A stretch of DNA of 44,784 bases, from sequence record JQ011317; one strand, 5' to 3'. Under the pieces are notes generated by a model that saw nothing but the letters and a program-made list of their open reading frames with translations, ran no database searches and was not told where the DNA came from. The stretch is from Escherichia phage TL-2011b. The translations under genes were made by a program, and so were the position numbers. Shown piece after piece: positions 8,714 through 17,823 of this stretch; position 1 is the stretch's first letter; every line of letters starts with the position of its first letter.

Positions 8714-9220
8714 ATGGACGGTAATATCAAAGGGTTAGTTTCCGCCGGGCATGAGATGGCTTCGGAACTGAAAGCTGAATGTGGTGCCGTTGATATGCGC
8801 AGCGTGGCAAAGCTGATCAGCGATTTGGCAACGCAACTGGAAGTGCAACTGGCGCGTGCTAATGCGCTGGCCGAAGACCAGCAGAAAGCGATTGAGTCAA
8901 TTAAGCAGGCTGATGCGGCTGTTAAGTTGGCACACGAGAAGTTTTCAGCTCTGGCGGCGGAGAATGCGGGGCTGAATAAATTTATCGCACAGAGTTGCTA
9001 CGTGTTTGATGGCGAGCAGGATGAAATATCTGATGCGTATATCTGCGCAACAGATGGAGGGATGCCGCAAACACCAGCCACCGATGCTTTCCTGGCTGAA
9101 GTCCGGGCGCAGGGTGTGGAGATGTTCTCAGAAAAATTCGGAGGTGGCACTCCGCTATCCAATATGGTCAAAGAGGTTGCTGCTGATTTTGCGGCGAAGC
9201 TTCGCAAAGGAGGTGAGTAG
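8714..9220 (+). CDS. Hypothetical protein, Ead/Ea22-like
   Basis: 168-aa coiled-coil-rich ORF with GAGGG Shine-Dalgarno; weak recollection of Ea22-type proteins. Confidence 0.4.
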   Translation: MDGNIKGLVSAGHEMASELKAECGAVDMRSVAKLISDLATQLEVQLARANALAEDQQKAIESIKQADAAVKLAHEKFSALAAENAGLNKFIAQSCYVFDGEQDEISDAYICATDGGMPQTPATDAFLAEVRAQGVEMFSEKFGGGTPLSNMVKEVAADFAAKLRKGGE

Positions 9221-9392
9221 TGCGTGTGGCATGTATCGGCTTGTTACCGTACCCGACTCGTTTTTGGGCTTCTGCGCTAATTGCAAAGCCACATGTCCTG
9301 ATGGCTGACAACATCATCCCGGCACCAAAGCGCCGCCATACCGGTATTGCAGCGGCACGACGAGCAGCAAAGAAACGCAGGAGAACAAAACG

Positions 9393-9569
9393 ATGAAAAA
9401 CCGTAAAGCAAAACGACTTTTTTTACAGCGACCTGTGCGTGTGGTGGAGCTGGTTATCAGCAACCATAAGATAGCGGTACTCCATCCATTTGGTCAGGTG
9501 GCTTTTGCCGCAAAGCGTAAGCCTAGCGCGTCACAGAACAGGCGGAAGAAAGGGTACGCAGTAAGATGA
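9393..9569 (+). CDS. Small basic protein (58 aa), paralog 1
   Basis: Starts MKNRKAK; ATGA overlap with the next gene. Confidence 0.4.
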   Translation: MKNRKAKRLFLQRPVRVVELVISNHKIAVLHPFGQVAFAAKRKPSASQNRRKKGYAVR

Positions 9570-9757
9570 AAAACCGTAAAGCTAAGATGCTTATCTCCCG
9601 TGTATACAGACTTTGCTATCCCAGCCAGTGGTTGAGAGTTAGCAATCGCCGTGTGGTGTTGTTTTCATTTTCTGGAATTGCCAGAGAGGGAATCAAAGAT
9701 AAGCGCAGCGCGGCGCAAAACCGCTGGAAAAACCACTTGCGCACTAAAGGAGAGTGA
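9566..9757 (+). CDS. Small basic protein (63 aa), paralog 2
   Basis: Same MKNRKAK N-terminus and shared RVV / SAxQNR blocks with the upstream ORF. Confidence 0.45.
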   Translation: MKNRKAKMLISRVYRLCYPSQWLRVSNRRVVLFSFSGIAREGIKDKRSAAQNRWKNHLRTKGE

Positions 9758-9758
9758 T

Positions 9759-10274
9759 ATGGCGTTAACACACCGCGAACTCTGTCAGATTGCGTATAAG
9801 TTCCTTAAGCGCAACGGGTTCAAGGTTTGTTTTCATGACCGCTTTATAGCTGTAACCAGTACCGGAGAACAGCCAGATGCTATGGGATTCAGAAATTCAG
9901 CATCATGCCTGATAGAGGCGAAGTGTTCTCGTGCTGACTTGTTGGCAGATAGAAAAAAGCGTTTTCGTAAAAATCCATCTCTTGGAATGGGCGACTGGCG
10001 ATTCTTTATTAGTGAGCCGGGAATTATTTCAGTTGAGGATTTACCACCTGGCTGGGGATTACTTCACGTTGTTAACGGAAGAGTACGGAAAGTACATGGG
10101 TGGCCCAAGGGTAATTGCTGTTGGGGTAATCCTGACGATAAGCCATTTACTGGAAATAAGCAGGTTGAATGCGATTACATGTTATCTGCATTAAGGCGCA
10201 TGGAGTTGAGAGGGCACCTTAATGAAATATATGACGGTGTAATTGTTAATAAGAAAGAAGGAAACGCGGCATGA
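9759..10274 (+). CDS. Putative PD-(D/E)xK-type nuclease (171 aa)
   Basis: ATG at 9759 with AAAGGAGAG Shine-Dalgarno; motif QPD ... CLIEAKCS resembles a PD-(D/E)xK core. Confidence 0.4.
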   Translation: MALTHRELCQIAYKFLKRNGFKVCFHDRFIAVTSTGEQPDAMGFRNSASCLIEAKCSRADLLADRKKRFRKNPSLGMGDWRFFISEPGIISVEDLPPGWGLLHVVNGRVRKVHGWPKGNCCWGNPDDKPFTGNKQVECDYMLSALRRMELRGHLNEIYDGVIVNKKEGNAA

Positions 10275-10831
10275 TCACTATTACCAAAGAGCGACTGCTG
10301 ACAATCAAGCAGTGGCGCGAAACATACGGACCGGGTAGCAACGTTGTACTGCCAGCAGAAGAAGCGGAAGAACTGGCACGAATTGCTCTGGCATCGCTGG
10401 AAGCAGAGCCTGTAAACCAAACTTACAACTTACCAGAATTAATCGAAGGCATGGAAGTTTCCATTGATGTAAGCACTTGTGATGCTGATTTAGGTAATCG
10501 CTATTTCGGCACCGTCACCGAGGCGTTAGAACTTGATACGGCCAAGAATGGTTACATCCTCCTAGTTCAGGACGCAGAGCCAAACTTCGATGTAAATGGC
10601 AACTCTCCGGGAACTCCGGATAGTTGGATAAGCTGTAGTGAGCGAATGCCGAATACCAAAACAGCCGTTCTTGTTACCGTGGAGTTTGACAGGAAAGGTG
10701 ACTGGCGAATGAAATGGGCTACTTACATCCCCGGGCATCCTGACGCTAATGATGGGTGGATAATTCCTGGTGCGTCGTGGAAACCGTCACACTGGATGCC
10801 GCTACCAGAACCGCCGCAGGAGGTGAAGTGA
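10271..10831 (+). CDS. DUF551-domain phage protein
   Basis: C-terminal [10 protein letters not shown] ... WMPLPEPP pattern typical of DUF551 as recalled. Confidence 0.5.
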   Translation: MITITKERLLTIKQWRETYGPGSNVVLPAEEAEELARIALASLEAEPVNQTYNLPELIEGMEVSIDVSTCDADLGNRYFGTVTEALELDTAKNGYILLVQDAEPNFDVNGNSPGTPDSWISCSERMPNTKTAVLVTVEFDRKGDWRMKWATYIPGHPDANDGWIIPGASWKPSHWMPLPEPPQEVK

Positions 10832-11172
10832 TGGACTATTCACAGTTAAGTGATTTTGAAATTAACAGAATGGTAGGAGACATAATTTTTAAAGGCCTTT
10901 GGGCATGTAAACCGGAAACATCAGGGAATAACACCAACAAATGGTATTACGGAAATGCTGATACAACTTTTGAGCCATTAACCCCTTTACCTGACTACTG
11001 CAATGATCCGATCGCTTCATGGCCGATTATTGAGAAATACAGGATTTCTATCTTAGACCAGTTAACTGAATGGTGTGTGGATGCAAAAGACGTAAGACCA
11101 ATATTTGATACCAGACCTCTCCGCGCCGCCATGATTGTATTTCTCATGATGCAGGAAAATCAGAATGGCTAA
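10831..11172 (+). CDS. Hypothetical phage protein (113 aa)
   Basis: ATG at 10831 overlapping the upstream stop (GTGATGG). Confidence 0.45.
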   Translation: MDYSQLSDFEINRMVGDIIFKGLWACKPETSGNNTNKWYYGNADTTFEPLTPLPDYCNDPIASWPIIEKYRISILDQLTEWCVDAKDVRPIFDTRPLRAAMIVFLMMQENQNG

Positions 11173-11503
11173 ATCAGCAGCAGAGCGCAAAGCCGCTCAG
11201 AGAGCCAGACAAGCTGCATCTGGTGTGCGTAAGATGGAGATTGTGCTTGATGCTCAGGAAATTGAAATGCTAGAGCGTAACTGTGCCACGCGTCGCCCCG
11301 GGCGTGCGCCTTACGAATTTGGTGAGTATATAGCGTCACTGATCCGCCAGGATGATGCACGCGTGCGCGGGCGTATAAAATCGATCAGCAGAAAACGTTG
11401 CGGTAAGTGCGGCGAGAGAGTTCCAGTTAATTCATGCCCGTGCAATGGTGACTCGCAATGCTGGGTGACTAAAGGCTGGCATGAAACGAAATTAATAGTG
11501 TGA
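11165..11503 (+). CDS. Basic protein with C-terminal zinc ribbon; candidate late-gene regulator
   Basis: 112 aa; Lys/Arg-rich N-terminus; C-terminal CGKCG...CPC; last gene before the terminator preceding terminase. Confidence 0.4.
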   Translation: MAKSAAERKAAQRARQAASGVRKMEIVLDAQEIEMLERNCATRRPGRAPYEFGEYIASLIRQDDARVRGRIKSISRKRCGKCGERVPVNSCPCNGDSQCWVTKGWHETKLIV

Positions 11504-11511
11504 CATGTCAC
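11500..11511. repeat. Perfect 12-bp palindrome GTGACATGTCAC (copy 1)
   Basis: Overlaps the stop codon at 11501-11503; identical palindrome at 32282-32293. Confidence 0.6.
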
Positions 11512-11552
11512 GAGTAGATTATGCATGATGAATTTGATGTGTTTTGAATACT

Positions 11553-11578
11553 GCCGCCAACTATGGCGGCTTTATTTT
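11553..11578 (+). terminator. Rho-independent terminator upstream of the terminase genes
   Basis: Stem GCCGCC / GGCGGC, loop AACTAT, then TTTATTTT. Confidence 0.65.
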
Positions 11579-11589
11579 GCATGGTACTA

Positions 11590-11622
11590 TTACCACAATG
11601 GTAACTATTACCACGGTGGTTA
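11590..11622 (+). promoter_or_regulatory. Tandem TTACC-N5-GGTAA-type sites before the small terminase gene
   Basis: TTACCACAATGGTAA (11590-11604) and TTACCACGGTGGTTA (11608-11622); direct repeat ACTATTACCAC. Confidence 0.4.
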
Positions 11623-12218
11623 TGATGCCTGCTGAACCTAAAACCTATAAACGCAAATCAACGCAATTTAAGCCACTAACAGCAATGCAGGAGGCTTATT
11701 GCCAGTCATACATCAAAACGCCTGAAAACCAGACTCAGGCAGCGATTAACGCAGGATTCTCCCCAAATACAGCGGCAGTTAAAGCCAGTGTAATGATGCG
11801 CGATGAACGTATTCAAAAACGGATTGCCGAGTTGATGGAGGAGCGCAACAAACGAATGCGCGTCAGTGCTGATTACGTTCTCATGCGCCTGGTGGAGATC
11901 GACCAGATGGACGTGATCGACATCCTCAACGACGATGGGAGCCTTAAGCCAATCCGCGAGTGGCCGAAAATCTGGCGCACTACGCTTAGCGGCTTTGATC
12001 TGTCATCGACCATCATGAACATGAACGAGGATTCGATAGAGACAATCCTCAAAAAAATTAAATGGCCTGACAAGGTGAAGAACCTCGAACTGATTGGTAA
12101 GCACGTCGACGTCAACGCATTCAAAGAACGCTTGGATGTTAATGTGAATGTGACAATTGCTGATCGCATAGCAGCAGCCAGGAAGCGACTCAAAGAACGT
12201 CAGGATGGCAATCAGTGA
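11622..12218 (+). CDS. Terminase small subunit
   Basis: Block INAGFSPNTAAVKASVMMRDERIQKRIAEL typical of small terminase; directly upstream of the large subunit. Confidence 0.7.
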   Translation: MMPAEPKTYKRKSTQFKPLTAMQEAYCQSYIKTPENQTQAAINAGFSPNTAAVKASVMMRDERIQKRIAELMEERNKRMRVSADYVLMRLVEIDQMDVIDILNDDGSLKPIREWPKIWRTTLSGFDLSSTIMNMNEDSIETILKKIKWPDKVKNLELIGKHVDVNAFKERLDVNVNVTIADRIAAARKRLKERQDGNQ

Positions 12219-13690
12219 CAGATACAGCGTTATCTCCTGAAGAGCAGTTAATCGAGGATATTGCAGGGTTCACTCACGATCCGCTTGGCTATGCCCTCTA
12301 TGCGTTCCCTTGGGGGGAAGAGGGGACTGAACTGGCACATGCCACCGGTCCACGTAAGTGGCAGGCTGATGCGTTCCGAGAGATACGTGATCACCTGCAG
12401 AATCCAGAGACGCGCTATCAGCCGCTTATGCTGGCACGTGCTTCGGGTCACGGCATTGGTAAATCCGCATTCATCTCAATGCTGATCAACTGGGGCATGT
12501 CCACTTGCGAGGATTGTAAGGTCGTGGTGACCGCCAACACCGACAACCAGCTACGAACGAAGACCTGGCCGGAAATTATCAAGTGGTCAAACCTTGCTAT
12601 CACGAAAGACTGGTTTACCTGTACAGCTACCGCGATGTACAGCAATGACCCTGGGCACGACAAGCGGTGGCGAGCTGACGCAATCCCCTGGTCTGAGCAC
12701 AACACTGAGGCATTCGCCGGACTACACAACGAGCGCAAACGCATCATCGTGGTATTCGATGAAGCGTCGAACATTGCCGATCTGGTGTGGGAGGTAGCAG
12801 AGGGTGCGCTTACGGACGAAGACACTGAGATTATCTGGGTGGCGTTCGGAAACCCGACGCGTAACACCGGGCGTTTCCGCGAATGTTTCCGCAAATATAA
12901 ACACCGCTGGAAAACTGCGCAGATTGACAGCCGGACGGTGGAAGGCACTAACAAACAGCAGTTGCAGAAATGGGTTGATGACTACGGGGAAGACAGCGAC
13001 TTCGTTAAAATCCGTGTGCGCGGCATATTCCCTGATGCATCTGAATTGCAGTTTATCCCTACCGGCCTTACTGACGAGGCAATGAAACGGGTGGTCACCG
13101 CTGCGCAGGTTGCACATGCTCCGGTGATAATCGGTGTTGACCCAGCATATTCAGGCGTTGATGACGCGGTGATATACCTGCGGCAGGGGCTACACAGTAA
13201 GGTGCTGTGGACTGGCAACAAGACTACCGACGATCTGATTATGGCGAAGCGTATCGCTGACTTTGAAGACCAGTATCAGGCTGACGCGGTGTTCATCGAC
13301 TTCGGTTACGGAACCGGTTTGAAGTCAATCGGTGATGGCTGGGGACGTACATGGCAACTTGTTCCGTTCGGCGGTGCGTCCACTGACCCGCAGATGCTTA
13401 ACAAGCGCGGGGAGATGTTCAACTCATGTAAGACATGGCTGAGGCTGGGCGGCATGCTGGATGACCAGGAAACTGCAGACGACCTGTCGGCGGCAGAGTA
13501 CAAAGTTCGTGTGGACGGTAAAATCGTTATCGAACCGAAGGAAGATATCAAGGAGCGGCTTGGGCGTTCTCCGGGTAAAGGCGATGCGCTACTGCTGACG
13601 TTTGCTTTCCCGGTCTCGAAACGCATAAATATACCAGGACAGCAAAGCCAGCAGGGAAGGGCCATAACGGATTATGACCCTTATGCTTAA
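12215..13690 (+). CDS. Terminase large subunit
   Basis: 491 aa, GTG start overlapping terS stop; Walker A-like ARASGHGIGKS. Confidence 0.85.
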   Translation: MTDTALSPEEQLIEDIAGFTHDPLGYALYAFPWGEEGTELAHATGPRKWQADAFREIRDHLQNPETRYQPLMLARASGHGIGKSAFISMLINWGMSTCEDCKVVVTANTDNQLRTKTWPEIIKWSNLAITKDWFTCTATAMYSNDPGHDKRWRADAIPWSEHNTEAFAGLHNERKRIIVVFDEASNIADLVWEVAEGALTDEDTEIIWVAFGNPTRNTGRFRECFRKYKHRWKTAQIDSRTVEGTNKQQLQKWVDDYGEDSDFVKIRVRGIFPDASELQFIPTGLTDEAMKRVVTAAQVAHAPVIIGVDPAYSGVDDAVIYLRQGLHSKVLWTGNKTTDDLIMAKRIADFEDQYQADAVFIDFGYGTGLKSIGDGWGRTWQLVPFGGASTDPQMLNKRGEMFNSCKTWLRLGGMLDDQETADDLSAAEYKVRVDGKIVIEPKEDIKERLGRSPGKGDALLLTFAFPVSKRINIPGQQSQQGRAITDYDPYA

Positions 13691-13739
13691 TCCGCTGGTG
13701 GGGATAATGTCGTTGATATCCTCTGATGAGGATAAAATA

Positions 13740-13770
13740 AAGCCCGCGCATTTGGCGGGCTTTATTTTTA
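13740..13770. terminator. Bidirectional terminator between terminase and the antisense moron
   Basis: Stem AAGCCCGC / GCGGGCTT with 7-nt loop, A-run before and T-run after; preceded by palindrome TATCCTC-TGAT-GAGGATA at 13717-13734. Confidence 0.65.
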
Positions 13771-13775
13771 AATAA

Positions 13776-14123
13776 TTATTTCTTGATAATATTTCCAGAC
13801 ATTGTGCTGGCGTTTCCACCAACAGTTTCGCAGATTACATCTCCAGACATGGTGTTTACATTTCCCAATACATTGGAACAATGGACATCACCAGACATAG
13901 TTTTCACATAATGTGCATCACCGCTTACAGTCACTGATCCATTTTCAATCTCAACACCTTCCACGCTTCCATTAATTGTTACGTTAATCTGTCCGTCAAG
14001 ATTGCTATTTTTTTCGACACCATCAACGATCACTTTTCCATTGTTAATCGTAATATGATGACCAGTGAAGTCTTCTCCGTTGACGCTAACGCTAGCACCA
14101 CGTACGTTATTGATTTTAATCAT
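13776..14123 (-). CDS. Bactofilin-like beta-helix repeat protein (115 aa), moron
   Basis: Repeats of the TMSGDV / G-x-V-x-G type; strong AGAGGA Shine-Dalgarno; antisense to the late operon. Confidence 0.45.
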   Translation of the reverse strand: MIKINNVRGASVSVNGEDFTGHHITINNGKVIVDGVEKNSNLDGQINVTINGSVEGVEIENGSVTVSGDAHYVKTMSGDVHCSNVLGNVNTMSGDVICETVGGNASTMSGNIIKK

Positions 14124-14231
14124 TATAAATCATCCTCTTTTTGAATCGAGATTAACCTCAGGAGATACTATGACATGTTTTTCATGTATGTCGTAATCTG
14201 CATCGATATCATAATTGTGACGTATCACGCC

Positions 14232-14256
14232 AAAAAAAATGCCCGGCGAACCGGGC
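14232..14256 (-). terminator. Terminator downstream of the tRNA on the minus strand
   Basis: A8 run on plus strand followed by stem GCCCGG / CCGGGC, loop CGAA. Confidence 0.6.
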
Positions 14257-14419
14257 GAACTGGAAGCAATGAGTTATGCCTTCCGTGGCTGTACTGGTTT
14301 ACAGCATGAAGTCATCGCAATGGCGTCCTGCTGTAAAAAGGGCGGTGATAGTCCTTCAAGGGAAACCATCACCGCCAAGCCCCTGGAACTTCTGGCATCA
14401 CGGTCCTTAGGCGTGATTC

Positions 14420-14496
14420 TGGCGTGGCATGCAGGATTCGAACCTGCGACCAACCGCTTAGAAGGCGGTTGCTCTGTCCAACTGAGCTAATGCCAC
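14420..14496 (-). tRNA. tRNA-Arg (anticodon UCU)
   Basis: 77-nt cloverleaf folded by hand: acceptor GTGGCAT/ATGCCAC, D-stem GCTC/GAGC, anticodon stem ACCGC/GCGGT with loop CTTCTAA, T-arm GCAGG-TTCGAATC-CCTGC, encoded CCA. Confidence 0.85.
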
Positions 14497-14818
14497 AACG
14501 CTGAGAGCACTTAGCCTGTTAAGGCGCCACACTTTGTCGCGGCTCCATAAATGCTCTCATCGTTGTACCCTCGTCTCTTCCGAGGCGTCACACCGAATCG
14601 CCGGGATGGTGAATCCCCGTGCGCGGAATAAAACCGCTCGACTTGCACATTCCGGCTACCTGGTTCGTTTGCCCGAGCAAGGGAGGGTGCCCCTTAAACG
14701 TATCCAGACCGCTATCGGCGCATGTGCCATACGCCGTACTGCTCAAAATAAAAGCTCACTCCACCTGTTCAATTTAACGACAAGCCAGTCAGGTTAATAA
14801 CCGGAATGAACCCTTTGC

Positions 14819-14833
14819 TTACCTGAAAGGTAA
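14819..14833. promoter_or_regulatory. TTACC-N5-GGTAA site in the tRNA-portal intergenic region
   Basis: TTACCTGAAAGGTAA, 91 bp upstream of the 14924 ORF. Confidence 0.4.
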
Positions 14834-14923
14834 TAATTTGTGCGTTAAATGTCAACTATCTACGATAAATAAATCATATGTGGTTAAATTGGTAATAATT
14901 TAATTGCGTACGGAGTCATTGAT

Positions 14924-15130
14924 ATGTGCATGGGTAGCTCACCATCAGTGCCTGCAACACCAGAAGTTCAGGCAGCACCACAGGAGCAGGATGCCGCCGT
15001 TGTTGATGCCCGCGACGAAGAAACACGTCGCCGTCGCGCTGCTGCTGGTCGTAGTTCTACGCTGCTTACCGGTTCTCAGGGTGACACATCAACCGCTAAT
15101 ACCAGCGGTAAAACGCTGCTTGGTCAGTAA
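14924..15130 (+). CDS. Hypothetical small protein (68 aa) upstream of the portal gene
   Basis: ATG preceded by CGGAGTCATTGA, the same initiation context as the portal gene; low-complexity product. Confidence 0.35.
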   Translation: MCMGSSPSVPATPEVQAAPQEQDAAVVDARDEETRRRRAAAGRSSTLLTGSQGDTSTANTSGKTLLGQ

Positions 15131-15144
15131 CCGGAGTCATTGAA

Positions 15145-16824
15145 ATGGCGGAAACAACTAAAGAGCGATTGAACAAACAGTTCGCACAACTTGAAAGCGA
15201 GCGTCAGTCGTTCGAGCCGCACTGGCGCGAGTTGAGTGATTACATCAACCCGCGTGGTTCCCGCTTTCTGACTTCTGAGGTCAACCGTAACGATCGACGC
15301 AATACACGCATTATTGATTCGACCGGGACTATGGCGGCGCGCACTCTCGCCAGCGGCATGATGTCAGGCATCACAAGCCCCGCGCGTCCGTGGTTTCGCC
15401 TGGCTACGCCAGATCCTGAAATGATGGATTATGGCCCTGTTAAGTTGTGGCTTGAGGCGGTGCAGAACCGCATGAATGATATGTTCAATAAGTCGAATCT
15501 CTACCAGTCTCTTCCGCAGTTATACGGAAGCCTCGGCACATACAGCACTGGTGCAATGGCGGTGCTGGAGGATGACGAGGACATCATTCGCACAATGCCA
15601 TTCCCGATAGGTAGTTACTACTTGGCTAACTCACCTCGTGGCAGTGTGGACATCTGTTTTCGCAAGTTCTCTATGACTGTTCGTCAGCTTGTTCAGGAGT
15701 TCGGGCTAAATAACGTCAGCGAATCCGTAAAAAGCATGTGGGAAAGTGGCACCTACGAGAAGTGGATTGAGGTGATGCATTCGGTTTACCCGAACATTGA
15801 CCGCGATACATCGAAGCTGGATAGCAAGAACAAGCCATTCAAATCGGTTTATTACGAGGTTGGCGGCGATAACGACAAGTTGTTGCGTGAGTCCGGATTC
15901 GATGAGTTTCCAATTATGGCTCCGCGCTGGGAAGTTAACGGCGAAGATGTTTATGGATCATCATGCCCGGGTATGCTGGCGCTTGGACCTGTTAAGGCAT
16001 TGCAGCTTCTTCAGAAGCGCAAGTCGCAGTTGATTGATAAAGCCACCAATCCGCCGATGGTTGCTCCGACTTCCCTCAAGAATCAGCGCGCCTCCCTTCT
16101 TCCTGGCGACATCACGTATATCGATCAGATTACTGGTCAGGATGGTTTCAGGCCTGCTTATCTGGTTAACCCCAGTACAGCAGATCTGGTAGCAGACATT
16201 CAGGACACTCGTCAAATCATTAACAGCGCCTACTTTGTCGATCTGTTCATGATGTTGCAGAACATCAATACCCGCTCGATGCCTGTTGAAGCGGTGATCG
16301 AAATGAAAGAAGAAAAACTTCTGATGTTGGGGCCGGTTCTGGAGCGTCTGAACGACGAATGTCTTAATCCTCTCATTGACCGCGCTTTCTCGATGATGGT
16401 GCGTAAAAACATGCTGCCGCCACCGCCTGACGCGATGGAAGGCATGCCCCTGAAGGTCGAATACATTTCCGTCATGGCTCAGGCGCAGAAGTCTATCGGC
16501 CTGTCCAGTCTGGCGTCCACGGTTAACTTCATTGGTCAACTTGCGCAAGCGAAACCAGAAGCTCTCGACAAACTCAACGTTGATCAGGCGATCGATGCAT
16601 TCGCTGATATGTCCGGAGTGTCTCCAACCGTCATTGTTCCGCAGGAACAGGTTGATCAGGCTCGCCAGCAACGGGCACAGCAGCAACAGCAGCAACAAAT
16701 GATGGCGATGGGGATGGCGGCGGCACAGGGTGCCAAGACGCTAAGCGAAGCTAAAACTTCGGATCCGAGTGTTTTGTCAGCTATGGCGAATGCAGTTAGT
16801 GGTCAGGGTGGGCAATCACAATGA
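15145..16824 (+). CDS. Portal protein (T7 gp8-like)
   Basis: 559 aa; Q/A/M-rich C-terminus (QQRAQQQQQQQMMAMGMAAAQG) resembles the T7 portal C-terminus as recalled. Confidence 0.8.
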   Translation: MAETTKERLNKQFAQLESERQSFEPHWRELSDYINPRGSRFLTSEVNRNDRRNTRIIDSTGTMAARTLASGMMSGITSPARPWFRLATPDPEMMDYGPVKLWLEAVQNRMNDMFNKSNLYQSLPQLYGSLGTYSTGAMAVLEDDEDIIRTMPFPIGSYYLANSPRGSVDICFRKFSMTVRQLVQEFGLNNVSESVKSMWESGTYEKWIEVMHSVYPNIDRDTSKLDSKNKPFKSVYYEVGGDNDKLLRESGFDEFPIMAPRWEVNGEDVYGSSCPGMLALGPVKALQLLQKRKSQLIDKATNPPMVAPTSLKNQRASLLPGDITYIDQITGQDGFRPAYLVNPSTADLVADIQDTRQIINSAYFVDLFMMLQNINTRSMPVEAVIEMKEEKLLMLGPVLERLNDECLNPLIDRAFSMMVRKNMLPPPPDAMEGMPLKVEYISVMAQAQKSIGLSSLASTVNFIGQLAQAKPEALDKLNVDQAIDAFADMSGVSPTVIVPQEQVDQARQQRAQQQQQQQMMAMGMAAAQGAKTLSEAKTSDPSVLSAMANAVSGQGGQSQ

Positions 16825-17117
16825 CAGATTACGAAGACGATCAACTGAAAGAAGAAAACGCCCGTAAGCAACGTGACATGGCACAGCGTGAAATTGATGA
16901 CATTCGCTTTGTCATGAGCAGTGAACAGGGGCGTCGCGTTGTCTGGTCTGTGCTGGAGAAAGGCCGGGTGTTTTCCGCTATCTCTCCGATGGATGCTATG
17001 GCAATGGCATTTAATGAGGGGCAACGCAATCTGGCGCTGGAACTGTTTCAGCGCGTTATGGCTCATTGCCCTGAACAGTATTTGAAGATGGCCAAAGAGG
17101 CCAGTGAACAGGAGTGA
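16821..17117 (+). CDS. Hypothetical head-module protein (98 aa)
   Basis: ATGA-coupled to the portal gene. Confidence 0.45.
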   Translation: MTDYEDDQLKEENARKQRDMAQREIDDIRFVMSSEQGRRVVWSVLEKGRVFSAISPMDAMAMAFNEGQRNLALELFQRVMAHCPEQYLKMAKEASEQE

Positions 17118-17119
17118 TC

Positions 17120-17815
17120 ATGAATTTATTTGAGCGTTTGCTGTATCGCCGTCTTTGCAATGAGCAACCAGTCGATGGTGGAGCAGCTCCGGCTGCGTCA
17201 GAACCGTCAGCGCCTGCAGGTGATAACCCTGCTCCAGTTGGTGATCCATCACAACAGGAAGGTGATAAGCCACAACCTGTTGCTGATGGCGATAAACCTG
17301 CTGATGACAAAAAGCCTGAAAACGATAAGCAGGATGAAAAAAAGGACGGCGATAAACCAGAGGGTGCGCCTGAGAAGTACGAGTTTCAGGCTGCCGAAGG
17401 CGTAGAGCTGGATACAGAAGCGTTGAAGGAGTTCGAGCCGGTGGCGCGAGAACTTAACCTGACCAACGAGCAAGCGCAAAAGCTGGTTGATGCTTATCCG
17501 AAGATTCTGGCAGGTGTGCAGCAGCGCCAGGCAGAAGCCTGGCAGAAAACAACCGAGCAGTGGGCTGCTGATGTAAAAGCTGACAAAGAAATCGGTGGCG
17601 ACAAGTTGATTTCTAACCTTAGCGCCGCACAGCGTGCGCTTGACCAGTTCGGGACACCTGAGCTCAAAGAATATCTGAACACCACCGGACTGGGTAATCA
17701 CCCTGATCTGGTCAAGACGTTCGTGAAAATCGGAAAGGCGATGTCTGAAGATGGCATGGTCACCGGTGGTAATGAAGGCCAGCGTAGTGCGGCCGAAGTG
17801 CTCTATGGCAAATAA
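17120..17815 (+). CDS. Putative scaffolding protein
   Basis: Acidic, Pro/Asp/Lys-rich N-terminal half, coiled-coil C-terminal half; between portal and capsid genes. Confidence 0.5.
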   Translation: MNLFERLLYRRLCNEQPVDGGAAPAASEPSAPAGDNPAPVGDPSQQEGDKPQPVADGDKPADDKKPENDKQDEKKDGDKPEGAPEKYEFQAAEGVELDTEALKEFEPVARELNLTNEQAQKLVDAYPKILAGVQQRQAEAWQKTTEQWAADVKADKEIGGDKLISNLSAAQRALDQFGTPELKEYLNTTGLGNHPDLVKTFVKIGKAMSEDGMVTGGNEGQRSAAEVLYGK

Positions 17816-17823
17816 GAGAGGAA

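Noticed and set aside
8338-8730. 130-aa minus-strand ORF and 84-aa plus-strand ORF (8234-8488)
   Set aside because: Both overlap the frameshifted DUF1064-like gene, whose two frames give a much better family-like translation.
14420-14496. tRNA gene as the prophage attachment site
   Set aside because: The tRNA is about 14 kb from either prophage end, is on the opposite strand to the integrase, and has its own terminator; the right junction instead carries a guaA 3' remnant.
14239-14797. ORFs 14239-14490 and 14534-14797 from the track
   Set aside because: The first overlaps the tRNA and its terminator; the second has an Arg/Ser-rich translation in a region that looks like a tRNA promoter/leader.
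15961-16698. 245-aa minus-strand ORF
   Set aside because: Lies entirely inside the portal gene on the opposite strand, has a low-complexity translation and no RBS; treated as a shadow ORF. The same applies to 17249-17830, 20369-21073, 12448-12954, 12722-13117 and 28836-29198.
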